Origin: Bacteroidales bacterium
GTDB taxonomy: Bacteria; Bacteroidota; Bacteroidia; Bacteroidales; WCHB1-69
NCBI GenBank assembly: GCA_031553535.1
Contig: JAVBLM010000019.1
Coordinates: forward strand, 154,128 to 218,127
DNA length: 64,000 bases
Direction: 5' to 3'
In this document: positions 1 to 9,766 of the stretch, one piece after another
How the letters are laid out: each line of letters opens with the position of its first letter
How positions within the stretch are numbered: the first letter of the stretch is position 1
The notes under the pieces: model-generated
Told to the model about the DNA's origin: nothing
The model's database searches: none
Seen by the model: the letters and a program-made list of their open reading frames with translations, nothing else
Translations under genes and position numbers: made by a program

Positions 1-897
1 TGTTTGAGCATCATAGAGTTTGTCAAAAACAGCCACTTGTTGGGCTCCTGTTCTACAAAAATCCGCGACGATAGGCGTAATGGCGGAGAAACTTGCCGTA
101 GTACTAAAGCTTTTATACCACGATTCCACATAATTAAACCCATTAAAAGTATACTTATACAAACGATATCCTCTATCGGCACTAGCTCCGGAAGTTACAT
201 TTGTATTACTAACCAGAAAGATTGATGCATAAGTATCTCCAGTCAATTTAGCAATAACATAAGAATTGTCCGAGCCCCTGAAAGCCGGTGTAGTCAAAGA
301 TTGTTGCAACGTAACCACATTGGTTGTAGGATTTACTTCAAAAATTCTTAATCCGGATTCATTTGAATTTGCTAAAATTATTTCTATTCGTCCATCACCA
401 TCAATATCCCCTACCAAAGGCACTGACGCAACATGAACTGTTGAATTATCAATATTACTGGTTATCTGATTTATTTCCCAATCAAAAGGAGGAGGATCAA
501 TAGCACATATTCCCGTATATATATTATCCGGTTTATCATATACATATATATATACTGTTGCCGTACTTGTCACCCCACTTCCCGGGCAATAAATAGAATA
601 CCTTAATGAATCCATCCCCGCATATCCCGATTGCGGCCTATAATGCAACTTTTTATCCGTATCAAAATAAACAGACCCGTTTATTGCATGGGAAGGCATT
701 GTTGTAAGGCTTACCTCAATCGTATTACGAGTACACAGACCAAAGTCATCATTATACATTGGATCCCATATAGCATCCTGCGTACTATTAGGCGCTACAA
801 ATCCACTAAAGCTTTTTGCTTGCTGAGCTTTCGCTTTTCCGGGTAATAAGCAAATTAACAATATTATTAAAAATGGGTAAAATACAAAATTTCTCAT
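1..897 (-). CDS. secreted FG-GAP/VCBS-like repeat protein, partial (C-terminal part lies beyond window start)
   Basis: Absent from the ORF track because there is no stop in the window. Manual minus-strand translation from ATG 897-895 gives MRNFVFYPFLIILLICLLPGKAKAQQAKSF (signal peptide) and later PLVGDIDGDGRIEIILANSNESGLRIFEV (FG-GAP-type DxDxDG repeat). The frame stays open for all 299 codons down to position 1. Confidence 0.6.
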   Translation of the reverse strand, partial: MRNFVFYPFLIILLICLLPGKAKAQQAKSFSGFVAPNSTQDAIWDPMYNDDFGLCTRNTIEVSLTTMPSHAINGSVYFDTDKKLHYRPQSGYAGMDSLRYSIYCPGSGVTSTATVYIYVYDKPDNIYTGICAIDPPPFDWEINQITSNIDNSTVHVASVPLVGDIDGDGRIEIILANSNESGLRIFEVNPTTNVVTLQQSLTTPAFRGSDNSYVIAKLTGDTYASIFLVSNTNVTSGASADRGYRLYKYTFNGFNYVESWYKSFSTTASFSAITPIVADFCRTGAQQVAVFDKLYDAQT

Positions 898-963
898 TAT
901 CTTTATTTTATTCAATTCACTATTGTATGTTATACTCTATCTTGTCAGTAGTTTTATTTATAT

Positions 964-2103
964 TTATTCTTTAACTATTAATTTCTTAAATCCATCTGTA
1001 TATGATATCCTTAAATTATCATTATCATCTATAAAGATAAAATAGCCTTCAAACTGCGGATATTTTTTCAAGAAATCCATAGATTCTTTTTCTCCCATTA
1101 CCATAAATGCGGTAGCCAAAGCATCAGCTGTAATGCAATCGTCTGCAATAACAGTGGCACTTAATAACCGATGAGACACAGGATAACCTGTCCTGGGGTC
1201 AATAGTATGGGAATACCGAACCCCATTTTCTTCATAATATTTTCGATAAGTACCGGAAGTTGCAACAGATTTATCTTTTAATAATATAATACTTTGTACC
1301 GTCCTATCGGAAGAATTGTCTTTGGAAGGTTTTTCTATTCCAACATACCAAGGTGATCCATCCGGTTTTGTTCCTGAAGTACGAATCTCTCCCCCAATAT
1401 CCACTATAAAATTATCAATCCCATTATCCTGTAATTTTCTTGACATCAAATCAACAGAATAACCTTTTGCAATCGCATTAAAATCTATTTTTATCTCGGG
1501 AAATTTCTTTATCATCCTATTATTTCTTATCGCAATATTCCGGTATCCCGTATATTGTAATAAGCTATCGATCATTATCTGTGTAGGTTCTTGCCTGTTG
1601 CTAATACCAAACCCCCATATATTCACTAAATCTCCGACAGTAATATCAAAGGCTCCATTGGTCATTTCCGAGATTTCTTGTGCTTTATTAAAAATCGTAA
1701 TGAAATCTTCATTTAAAACCGGATGTTCATTCCTATTGACTTTAGCTATAAGAGAATTTTCTTCCCATAGAGAAGCTATTTGTAAGAAATTCGTTAAGAA
1801 TATCTCTATCTCCTGTTTTGTGAACACTGTACTTAAGGTGTAATATAGAATTCTATAATATGTTCCTTGTGTATATCCTTCTATCAGAACAGTATCTTGA
1901 TGTGCAGAAGATTGTTGTGAAAACTCGGATTTAATTGGATATCCTGAATGATTTAATTCCCATGCATTTCCAAAATTAATCAATGAATAGGAATAAAGAA
2001 TTGGACAATAAACAGATAATTCTAATTTTGCAGACCCATGCGATAAGGGAAATACAGAAAGTAATTTTATTATAATAAGGATTGGTAAGAATAATTTCTT
2101 CAT
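964..2103 (-). CDS. apbE: FAD:protein FMN transferase (ApbE family lipoprotein)
   Basis: 379 aa with a hydrophobic N-terminal leader. Motifs AFDITVGDLVNIWGFG, AIAKGYSVD, DIGGEI, ATSGTYRKY and SHTIDPRTGYP are typical of ApbE/Ftp. Confidence 0.85.
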   Translation of the reverse strand: MKKLFLPILIIIKLLSVFPLSHGSAKLELSVYCPILYSYSLINFGNAWELNHSGYPIKSEFSQQSSAHQDTVLIEGYTQGTYYRILYYTLSTVFTKQEIEIFLTNFLQIASLWEENSLIAKVNRNEHPVLNEDFITIFNKAQEISEMTNGAFDITVGDLVNIWGFGISNRQEPTQIMIDSLLQYTGYRNIAIRNNRMIKKFPEIKIDFNAIAKGYSVDLMSRKLQDNGIDNFIVDIGGEIRTSGTKPDGSPWYVGIEKPSKDNSSDRTVQSIILLKDKSVATSGTYRKYYEENGVRYSHTIDPRTGYPVSHRLLSATVIADDCITADALATAFMVMGEKESMDFLKKYPQFEGYFIFIDDNDNLRISYTDGFKKLIVKE

Positions 2104-2142
2104 CTACGAAATTTTAAACTTATCTAAATAAATTAGGGTTTC

Positions 2143-2150
2143 CAAAAATA
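2143..2150 (-). promoter_or_regulatory. candidate Bacteroidota -7 promoter box (TATTTTTG) for apbE
   Basis: The minus strand reads TATTTTTG, matching the TAnnTTTG consensus, about 40 nt upstream of the apbE ATG. Confidence 0.35.
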
Positions 2151-2898
2151 TATTTACCTTCCTGTTGTAATATAAAACTCTAATAAAAAAACACCTATTA
2201 AGAACAACGTCCTTAATAAACATTCTTAATCACTATATTGTTTACAAAAATAGTAATATTTAACAATAATTTCCGAATTAATTCAAAAAAAACATAGGAG
2301 ACAAAATATTACACTAGTAACCAATCAATTGTAGAGAAATAGAAAAGATTGATCTCCATAAAAAAGCATTCTACAGCATCTAAGAAAGTGCAAAAATTCA
2401 TAAAAAATGGAAGAAAAATTGCAAAATAAAGAATGAAACAAAAAAAAGAATTTGTTAAAGTTGGCATAATAAAATGATAATAAAAGCAATAATACCAAGA
2501 GTCTCCCCAGTATATTAATTTTATTTCATAACGAACGAATATATCTTTGAAAACACCTGGTCAGGCATTGGGTTTTTCTATTATAAAAGCCGATTATTAC
2601 AATCAGCAATAGATAAACCGGAAGCAACATGTAATACGGGGATAACAACAAGGCAACGCTGAAAAGCCAGACACCGGCTATGTAATTGAATATTGATCAG
2701 ATTATGATGTTTATACTTTTCATAATTTAAAATACTGCCTTAAAAAATGTTTTTGAAGGATAAAAAATCTCTATGTTATTCATCAACTTGTTCTTTCTTT
2801 GTTCTAATTTTATTATTTATATCTGTATTTTTCCCATAACAGGGAAAATTCTACCCTAAAATGAGTTTTATAGTGTTGCGAAAACTTCTCTGATGTAT

Positions 2899-3345
2899 CG
2901 GATATACTTTCACCGTATTGTGAAAGTGTTTCGACAGTAGTTTTCATACTTTCACGAAGTAGTGAAAGTATGCCGACAGCAGTTTTCATACTTTCGCAAG
3001 GTAGCGAAAGTGTGCCGACAGTAGTTTTCATACTTTCGCAGGGTAGCGAAAGTGTGCCGACAATGGTTTTCATACTTTCGCAGAGTAGTGAAAGTATGCC
3101 GACAGCAGTTTTCATACTTTCGCAGAGTAGTGAAAGTACGCCGACAGTAGTTTTCATACTTTCGCAGGGTAGTGAAAGTATGCCGACAGCGGTTTTCATA
3201 CTTTCGCAGAGTAGTGAAAGTACGCCGACAGTAGTTTTCATACTTTCGCAGGGTAGTGAAAGTATGCCGACAGCAGTTTTCATACTTTCGCAGAGTAGTG
3301 AAAGTACGCCGACAGTAGTTTTCATACTTTCGCAGTATTATGAAA
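2899..3345. repeat. tandem array A: 42-bp unit x ~10.6, each unit with a 9-bp-stem hairpin
   Basis: The unit is GTTTTCATACTTTCGCAGRGTAGTGAAAGTAYGCCGACAGYA. The anchor TGCCGA occurs at 2971/3013/3055/3097 and onward, exactly 42 apart. The inverted repeat is CATACTTTC/GAAAGTATG. Two unit subtypes alternate in the right half, giving an 84-bp higher-order repeat. The edge units are degenerate. Confidence 0.95.
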
Positions 3346-3692
3346 CCTTCCCCCGATGTATTGGAATAGCTCTGAAACATTTTTTAAAATAAAGCCCAAG
3401 TATCCGGACGATATTAACCTTGTTATCCAAGGCAAATATTTATGCTTATCCTAATCGAAATTCTATCTTCGTTGTAATCGAATGATTATTGATAATGAAA
3501 ATTCTAAAATGAGACTTACATCAATAACACTTTGTTTTAATATTATTACGATTACAAGGGACAAGAAAAAACAACCGAACTTGTTCTAATCGCCTAGCCA
3601 TGAAAGAGAAAGAAAAATTAATCCACAAATCAACTTTTGATAAGTTTATTTGCAAATAAATAGGATCCGGAATATTCCAGGTAAAGACAATT

Positions 3693-4628
3693 TTATTTCT
3701 TTCTATAATGATTTAAAAACCAATCATAGACTTTTGCAATACCTTCTCTTAATTCCGTTTTATGCTTGAACCCGATCGAGCGTAATTTAGTAACATCAAG
3801 TAATTTGCGAGGAGTTCCATCCGGCTTAGAAAGATCATTTACAATATCTCCATCAAAACCGACAATTTCTTTTATCAATAAAGCCAAATCACCTATCCGG
3901 ATATCTTCCCCTGTTCCCACATTTATATGCATTTCCTCCTTATAATGCAACATTAAATATAATAGCGCATCGGCTAAATCATCAACATATAAAAATTCAC
4001 GCATAGGGTTTCCCGTTCCCCATATTACTACTTCATGGGTACCATTGATCTTTGCCTCATGAAACTTACGAATCAATGCAGGTAAAACATGTGATGAATT
4101 AAGGTCAAAATTATCATTAATTCCATACAAGTTTGTCGGCATCGCTGAAATAAAATTACAACCATACTGACGACGATAAAACTTACATAATTCTATTCCT
4201 GCTATTTTAGCAATAGCATATGCTTCATTTGTTTCCTCCAAATAGTCACCCAATAAATATTCTTCTTTTATAGGTTGTGGAGCCATTTTTGGATAAATGC
4301 ATGAACTTCCTAAAAACAACAGCTTTGTAATACCATATTTATATGCAGCATGTATAATATTTGCTTCAATGAGTATATTATCATAAATAAATTCAGCAGG
4401 ATATGTATTATTTGCCAATATCCCCCCTACCTTTGCGGCAGCTAAAAAAACATATTGAGGCCTCTCTTTTTTAAAAAAGACATTTACTGCATGTTGATCC
4501 CGCAAGTCCAATTCTTTCAGGTCCCGTACAAGAATATTATGATAATCATTACGCTCCAAACAACGCATAATGGAAGAACCCACTAAACCGGTGTGTCCCG
4601 CGACATATATTTTTGAATTTTTATCCAT
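3693..4628 (-). CDS. fcl: GDP-L-fucose synthase (GDP-4-keto-6-deoxymannose 3,5-epimerase/4-reductase)
   Basis: 311 aa extended SDR with a GHTGLVGSS Rossmann loop, SSCIYP and the YAIAK catalytic YxxxK. It overlaps gmd by 8 nt. Confidence 0.85.
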   Translation of the reverse strand: MDKNSKIYVAGHTGLVGSSIMRCLERNDYHNILVRDLKELDLRDQHAVNVFFKKERPQYVFLAAAKVGGILANNTYPAEFIYDNILIEANIIHAAYKYGITKLLFLGSSCIYPKMAPQPIKEEYLLGDYLEETNEAYAIAKIAGIELCKFYRRQYGCNFISAMPTNLYGINDNFDLNSSHVLPALIRKFHEAKINGTHEVVIWGTGNPMREFLYVDDLADALLYLMLHYKEEMHINVGTGEDIRIGDLALLIKEIVGFDGDIVNDLSKPDGTPRKLLDVTKLRSIGFKHKTELREGIAKVYDWFLNHYRKK

Positions 4629-5715
4629 TTTGTTTGCTTTCTGTTAATACATATTTCATATCATGAGTAACCATTATCTTTACTAATTGCTCAAACGAAG
4701 TTTTTGTAGGGTTCCAGCCTAATACTGTTTTTGCTTTTGTCGGATCCCCTAACAATAGGTCGACTTCTGTCGGACGAAAATAACGTGGATCTACCTCTAC
4801 TATAGCTTCATTTGTTTTAATATCAATTCCTCTCTCATTCACTCCTTCTCCTTCCCAACGAATAGTAATCCCGGCTTCTTGAAAAGCCAATGTACAAAAG
4901 TCACGTACCGAATGCATTTCCCCGGTGGCTATCACAAAATCCTGAGCTTCTTTTTGCTGCAAAATCAACCACATACACTCAACATAATCTCGTGCATATC
5001 CCCAATCCCTTTTTGCATCCAGATTTCCCAGATAAAGTTTCTTCTGTAATTTATGAGCAATACGTGCTGCTCCCAGTGTGATTTTACGGGTAACAAAGGT
5101 CTCTCCCCTTCTTTCGCTTTCGTGATTAAATAGTATTCCATTAGAAGCATACATGCCATAGGCTTCCCTATAATTCTTCGTGATCCAAAAACCATATAAC
5201 TTTGCAACCCCATAGGGAGAACGAGGATAAAATGGCGTTGTTTCCGATTGCGGAACTTCCTGTACCAAGCCATATAATTCCGAAGTCGATGCCTGATAGA
5301 TACGGGTTTTCTTTTCCATACCCAAAATACGTATCGCCTCTAGAATACGTAAAGTCCCTATTGCATCACTTTCTGCCGTATATTCCGGAACTTCAAAAGA
5401 AACTTTCACATGTGACTGCGCCGCAAGGTTATACACCTCATCGGGTTGCACCTGCTGAATAATACGAAGCAAAGACGACGAATCCGTCATATCACCGTAA
5501 TGTAAATTAATATTACGCTCTTTCTTTGTATCTTCAATCCATTGTTCAAAATACAAATGTTCTATACGCCCCGTATTAAAACTTGAACTTCTACGAAGAA
5601 TTCCATGCACTTCATAGTTCTTTTCCAATAAAAACTCGGCAAGAAATGACCCATCTTGTCCTGTAATTCCTGTAATAAGAGCTATTTTTTTACCCATATT
5701 TATTCTATTTATCAA
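4621..5715 (-). CDS. gmd: GDP-mannose 4,6-dehydratase
   Basis: 364 aa, collinear with E. coli Gmd as I recall it ([61 protein letters not shown]). The internal Met at 5697 ([10 protein letters not shown]) is an equally plausible start. Confidence 0.9.
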   Translation of the reverse strand: MINRINMGKKIALITGITGQDGSFLAEFLLEKNYEVHGILRRSSSFNTGRIEHLYFEQWIEDTKKERNINLHYGDMTDSSSLLRIIQQVQPDEVYNLAAQSHVKVSFEVPEYTAESDAIGTLRILEAIRILGMEKKTRIYQASTSELYGLVQEVPQSETTPFYPRSPYGVAKLYGFWITKNYREAYGMYASNGILFNHESERRGETFVTRKITLGAARIAHKLQKKLYLGNLDAKRDWGYARDYVECMWLILQQKEAQDFVIATGEMHSVRDFCTLAFQEAGITIRWEGEGVNERGIDIKTNEAIVEVDPRYFRPTEVDLLLGDPTKAKTVLGWNPTKTSFEQLVKIMVTHDMKYVLTESKQNG

Positions 5716-5727
5716 AAAATTATATTA

Positions 5728-6477
5728 TTATTTACAATTAAAGTTATCATTTTTAAAACAGCTCAATTCTTTTAGTTCAGTCTGAGCCTTTTGATAATCC
5801 TGAGGAATACCAATATCAATAAAATATCCATTCGATTGAAAAGCATAAAAAGGGGAAATACCCACATTGGCTTCTAATATATCTTTCTCAAATGAAAATT
5901 TTTCTTTCTGTATTATATTCTCACTTTCAAAAACATGTTTGGACATAACATAAACACCCGTATTGATAAAGCCCCTTTCTATCGCTTTTTTTTCATTAAA
6001 ATTAATAACTCTATCATTTTCTATGTTTAGTGTCCCGTATCGTTCAACATGATACATCTCTTTTACTGAAAGTGTCACCAACGCCTTTTTCGAAAAATGA
6101 AATCCGGCTAACCGGGCTAAATTAACATTAAAAAAGCTATCCCCATTTAACAAGAAAAAATCATTCTGGGAAATAAAGCCAAGACTATTTTTAATCCCGC
6201 CACCTGTACCTAGAGGTACTTCTTCGATAGCATAATCTAATTTAATATTACAATATTGATTACCAAAATAATTTTCTATCACTTCATGCTTATATCCTAC
6301 CGAAAGAACACAATGACGACACCCCTGGTTATTTAAAAAATACAATAAATATTCCAAAAATGGTTTCCCATTAATATCAGCCATGGGTTTGGGAATATCA
6401 TTAACCACAGAACGAAGTCTGGTTCCCTGTCCCCCGACTAAAATAACACATTCATGAATATTTATCTTATCGTCCAT
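5728..6477 (-). CDS. sugar-1-phosphate nucleotidylyltransferase (HddC-like guanylyltransferase)
   Basis: 249 aa NTP_transferase fold with the loop LVGGQGTRLRS...PKPM. It overlaps the upstream GHMP kinase gene by 16 nt. Confidence 0.75.
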   Translation of the reverse strand: MDDKINIHECVILVGGQGTRLRSVVNDIPKPMADINGKPFLEYLLYFLNNQGCRHCVLSVGYKHEVIENYFGNQYCNIKLDYAIEEVPLGTGGGIKNSLGFISQNDFFLLNGDSFFNVNLARLAGFHFSKKALVTLSVKEMYHVERYGTLNIENDRVINFNEKKAIERGFINTGVYVMSKHVFESENIIQKEKFSFEKDILEANVGISPFYAFQSNGYFIDIGIPQDYQKAQTELKELSCFKNDNFNCK

Positions 6478-7487
6478 GTTTCCAATCCATTATTTGTGAA
6501 CTCAAACCGTCGAACGGAACCACCGAATTTCTGAAGTGTATTCACAACTTTATATCTTGTATTTCCCGGGCAATAAAAAAAGATAAATCCCCCGCCTCCT
6601 GCACCTGATATTTTTCCACCACTTGCTCCTGCCTTTACGCCTGCTTCATATAACTCCTCAAAAAAATCGGTAGATATTCCTGTCGCCATTTGTCTTTTAA
6701 ACTGCCAACCCATATTAAAAATACGACCCATATCATCCAAATTTTCTTTCAATAAGGCCTCTTTCATTAAAACGGCTTGTTCTTTTAATTTGTGCATTGC
6801 CTCAATAGGACGTGCATTTTTTTCCTTCACATTTTTCTGCTGTTCCTTAAAAATATTAGTAGAATCACGGCTTGTTTCAGTATAATACAAAATTATATTC
6901 CGGGAAAGTTCATTGATGATCCTGCTTTTTATTCTTAACGGATTAATAATTACTTTATCTTTATCGTAAAATTCCATGAAATTAAATCCTCCGAAAGCAG
7001 CCGCATATTGATCTTGCTTTCCACCAGCCATTGCCATATCTTCACGCTCGATGGAATAGGCCAAGTGCGCCAAATCATATTCTCCAAGTGGCAGTGACAA
7101 CCATTCAGCAAAAGCTCCTAATACAGAAACTACCAACGTAGAAGATGTTCCCAAGCCTGATCCTGCCGGAGCATCTACATAAGTGGATATTTCAAAAGAC
7201 AACGAAGTTTTATGAAAATCTTTTACAACACGGTTATAAATGGCTTTTAACAAGTCAATTTCACCATCTATAGGCAATTGTTCCATCGAATCGTAAATAT
7301 ATGTTTTATTCCGATCTTCCAAATTAAAAACAATCTTTCCATCATTTCGCGGAATAATAGTTGTATAAGCATACAGGCTAATTGTCGCATTTAAAATCGC
7401 ACCTCCATATATATCAGAATAAGGGGATACATCTGTGCCACCCCCTGCTAAGCCTAATCGTAATGGTGCCTTACTTTGAATTTTCAT
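6462..7487 (-). CDS. GHMP-family sugar kinase (HddA / fucokinase-like)
   Basis: 341 aa with N-terminal PLRLGLAGGGTDVSPY, GHMP motif PAGSGLGTSST and C-terminal GKISGAGGGGF. Confidence 0.75.
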   Translation of the reverse strand: MKIQSKAPLRLGLAGGGTDVSPYSDIYGGAILNATISLYAYTTIIPRNDGKIVFNLEDRNKTYIYDSMEQLPIDGEIDLLKAIYNRVVKDFHKTSLSFEISTYVDAPAGSGLGTSSTLVVSVLGAFAEWLSLPLGEYDLAHLAYSIEREDMAMAGGKQDQYAAAFGGFNFMEFYDKDKVIINPLRIKSRIINELSRNIILYYTETSRDSTNIFKEQQKNVKEKNARPIEAMHKLKEQAVLMKEALLKENLDDMGRIFNMGWQFKRQMATGISTDFFEELYEAGVKAGASGGKISGAGGGGFIFFYCPGNTRYKVVNTLQKFGGSVRRFEFTNNGLETWTIR

Positions 7488-7526
7488 GTATCATTAATTT
7501 TATTACAAATGCTATTTACTCAGTCA

Positions 7527-8465
7527 TTATTTTCCTCGTTTCTTAGCAACAACAATCATTTCTTCCCCTATATTCAGGAATGATAATAAATTATAAGCAA
7601 TATTATGCGCTAAAACAAACAATTTCAATACAAACTTAGGTCTTTTTGTTATTTTGTTGAAATATTCCTGTCTTTCAGAGTGAGCTATATCAGACGAAGT
7701 TTGATCTTTCTGTTTTTTCTTTTGTATCCTGGAATAGACAACAAACATTAAGAATAATTTAAATTCTATTGATGATTTGATTTTGACAATATCGAAACCA
7801 TGTCTATCTAAAATAATCGGAATCGTTTTTTTTGAAAAATAATTTACATGCCCTGGCCCGATCATTGTCCAATTTTCCTTCTGACGCTTTGCCACAAAAC
7901 TATCTATTTGGGGAACTTGTATAAAAAGATATCCATCATCTTTTATTAAATCAGAACATTTTTCAAGTACTAAATCAGCATTATTAATATGTTCGAAGAC
8001 ATCCCACATTGTTATAATATCATACGAATTATCAGGTTTATCTAATTCAAAAAAGTCAACATGATCAACAGGAAGATTCAAGTCATTTTTGGCATAAATA
8101 TATGGATTATCCGCTATCTCTATGCCATATATATCATAACCTAACTGTTTTCCCGTATATAGAAAATGTCCCCAACCCGTTCCCAAATCAAACAAAGAAC
8201 CGGATTTTTTATATTTTCGAATGAGCTTATATCGTAGTAAGTTTCGTTGAACCTTCAACCAATTGTTGCCCTGACGAATTTGCTTAAGTTCCTCATCATC
8301 TTTATAATCTTTGTAATCAACAAATTCTTCATTGTTTTGCGGCACGAAATTAAAAGAACATTTTTTACATTCAACTACTACAAATTCTTTCAGATCGTAT
8401 TTCTCAATAAATTGAGACGGATCGTCATTCAAGCAACATTGACATATTATATTTTCTTTTCCCAT
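7527..8465 (-). CDS. class I SAM-dependent methyltransferase with N-terminal zinc ribbon
   Basis: 312 aa with CQCC...CKKC cysteine pairs at the N-terminus and SAM motif I LFDLGTGWGHF. Confidence 0.75.
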   Translation of the reverse strand: MGKENIICQCCLNDDPSQFIEKYDLKEFVVVECKKCSFNFVPQNNEEFVDYKDYKDDEELKQIRQGNNWLKVQRNLLRYKLIRKYKKSGSLFDLGTGWGHFLYTGKQLGYDIYGIEIADNPYIYAKNDLNLPVDHVDFFELDKPDNSYDIITMWDVFEHINNADLVLEKCSDLIKDDGYLFIQVPQIDSFVAKRQKENWTMIGPGHVNYFSKKTIPIILDRHGFDIVKIKSSIEFKLFLMFVVYSRIQKKKQKDQTSSDIAHSERQEYFNKITKRPKFVLKLFVLAHNIAYNLLSFLNIGEEMIVVAKKRGK

Positions 8466-8506
8466 TTTACTTACACATTGTTTAAAATATTTTTCCTCGG
8501 TTAAGT

Positions 8507-9658
8507 TTAATTATTCAACTGTTCATATATAGAATTTATTGTCAGAACAAGTTTATCCCATGTATATTTCTCTTTTTCCTCCCGGATACCATTAGAAAAG
8601 TCCGGTTTATTATTGAGAAATTCCAACATTGCTTTTGTAATCTCTTCTTTTACCGGTTCGACTACGTAACCAACTTTTCCGTTTGGAATAATCTCTGCTA
8701 ATCCACCTACATTAGTGACTAACATTGGCTTCTCAAAATGATACCCTATCTGCGTAACTCCACTTTGGGTGGCACTTTTATATGGTTGGACAATCAAATC
8801 AGCTGCAGAAAAATATTCTTTCACCTGTTCATTCGGAATAAAATCTGTCCTTAGCAATATATCATCAGATAGGTTAAATTTCTTAATAGCATCCAAATAA
8901 GGTTTTTCATTATCATAAAACTCTCCAGCCACAATTAATTTAACAGGAAACTTCCTTAACCGGGGATCCGCAAAGGCTTCTATTAACAAATCAAGCCCTT
9001 TATAAGAACGGATAAATCCGAAAAATAAAAAATAGATATTACCATCATCAAGCCCGAGTCGTTGTAAAGCTTCTTGTTTAGAAAGGATTTCTCCAAAATT
9101 ATCAAATAAGGGATGTGGAGAAAGTTTCTTTACTTTTCGAGGATCAAAATGATCAATATCTTCATAAACAGATTGCGACATTGCTATATAGCCATCTACC
9201 GGTTTTATGAAATATTTGGTTAGTAAGGTATCATAAAAATGTTTTTCATGTGGAATCATATTATCCACAATAGTAATAATCTTTGTATGATGGTTTTTTT
9301 TAACAATTCTTGCAATAGTTCCAAAACAAGGAGCCATAAATGGGGTCCAATACTTAAAAAGTAAAATATCCGGTCTTTGTTTTTTAATACGGTTTCCTAT
9401 TTTTACCCAGTTAAAAGGATTAACAGAATTTACACATACCTCAATATCTAAATCAGGCTTCTCCGAATCAGAGAATTGAGTCTTTCCAGGAAATAGCAAT
9501 GAGGGATACTGCAATGAAAATGTAAGTAACCTTGATATGTCTCCATTCTCGTTAAAAGCACGAGATAAGCGCTCATTAAAAGACGCAAGTCCTCCCCGCA
9601 ACGGATAAGCAGATCCTAAAATAATTATCTTTTTTTGTTTTTTACTCATATTTACCAC
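8507..9658 (-). CDS. glycosyltransferase family 4 (GT-B)
   Basis: 383 aa. The C-terminal half carries a GT1/GT4-like sugar-donor region (SATQSGVTQIGYHFEKPMLVTNVGGLAEII). Confidence 0.75.
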   Translation of the reverse strand: MVNMSKKQKKIIILGSAYPLRGGLASFNERLSRAFNENGDISRLLTFSLQYPSLLFPGKTQFSDSEKPDLDIEVCVNSVNPFNWVKIGNRIKKQRPDILLFKYWTPFMAPCFGTIARIVKKNHHTKIITIVDNMIPHEKHFYDTLLTKYFIKPVDGYIAMSQSVYEDIDHFDPRKVKKLSPHPLFDNFGEILSKQEALQRLGLDDGNIYFLFFGFIRSYKGLDLLIEAFADPRLRKFPVKLIVAGEFYDNEKPYLDAIKKFNLSDDILLRTDFIPNEQVKEYFSAADLIVQPYKSATQSGVTQIGYHFEKPMLVTNVGGLAEIIPNGKVGYVVEPVKEEITKAMLEFLNNKPDFSNGIREEKEKYTWDKLVLTINSIYEQLNN

Positions 9659-9766
9659 TGAATCAGGTTTTCCTATAATAAACTTCTCTATTTACTGAAA
9701 ATAATTCCGCAATCTTTCATATTTTTACTACAGAAGTAAAAATATCATCTTATTATTAGTATAAAT

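Noticed and set aside
2813-3392. ORFs 2813-3325(-), 2952-3380(-) and 2970-3392(+), which encode 14-residue repeat 'proteins' across array A
   Set aside because: The same DNA is open in three frames on both strands only because the 42-bp unit (a multiple of 3) lacks stop codons. The units are dominated by an inverted repeat. There is no plausible start context and no non-repeat domain.
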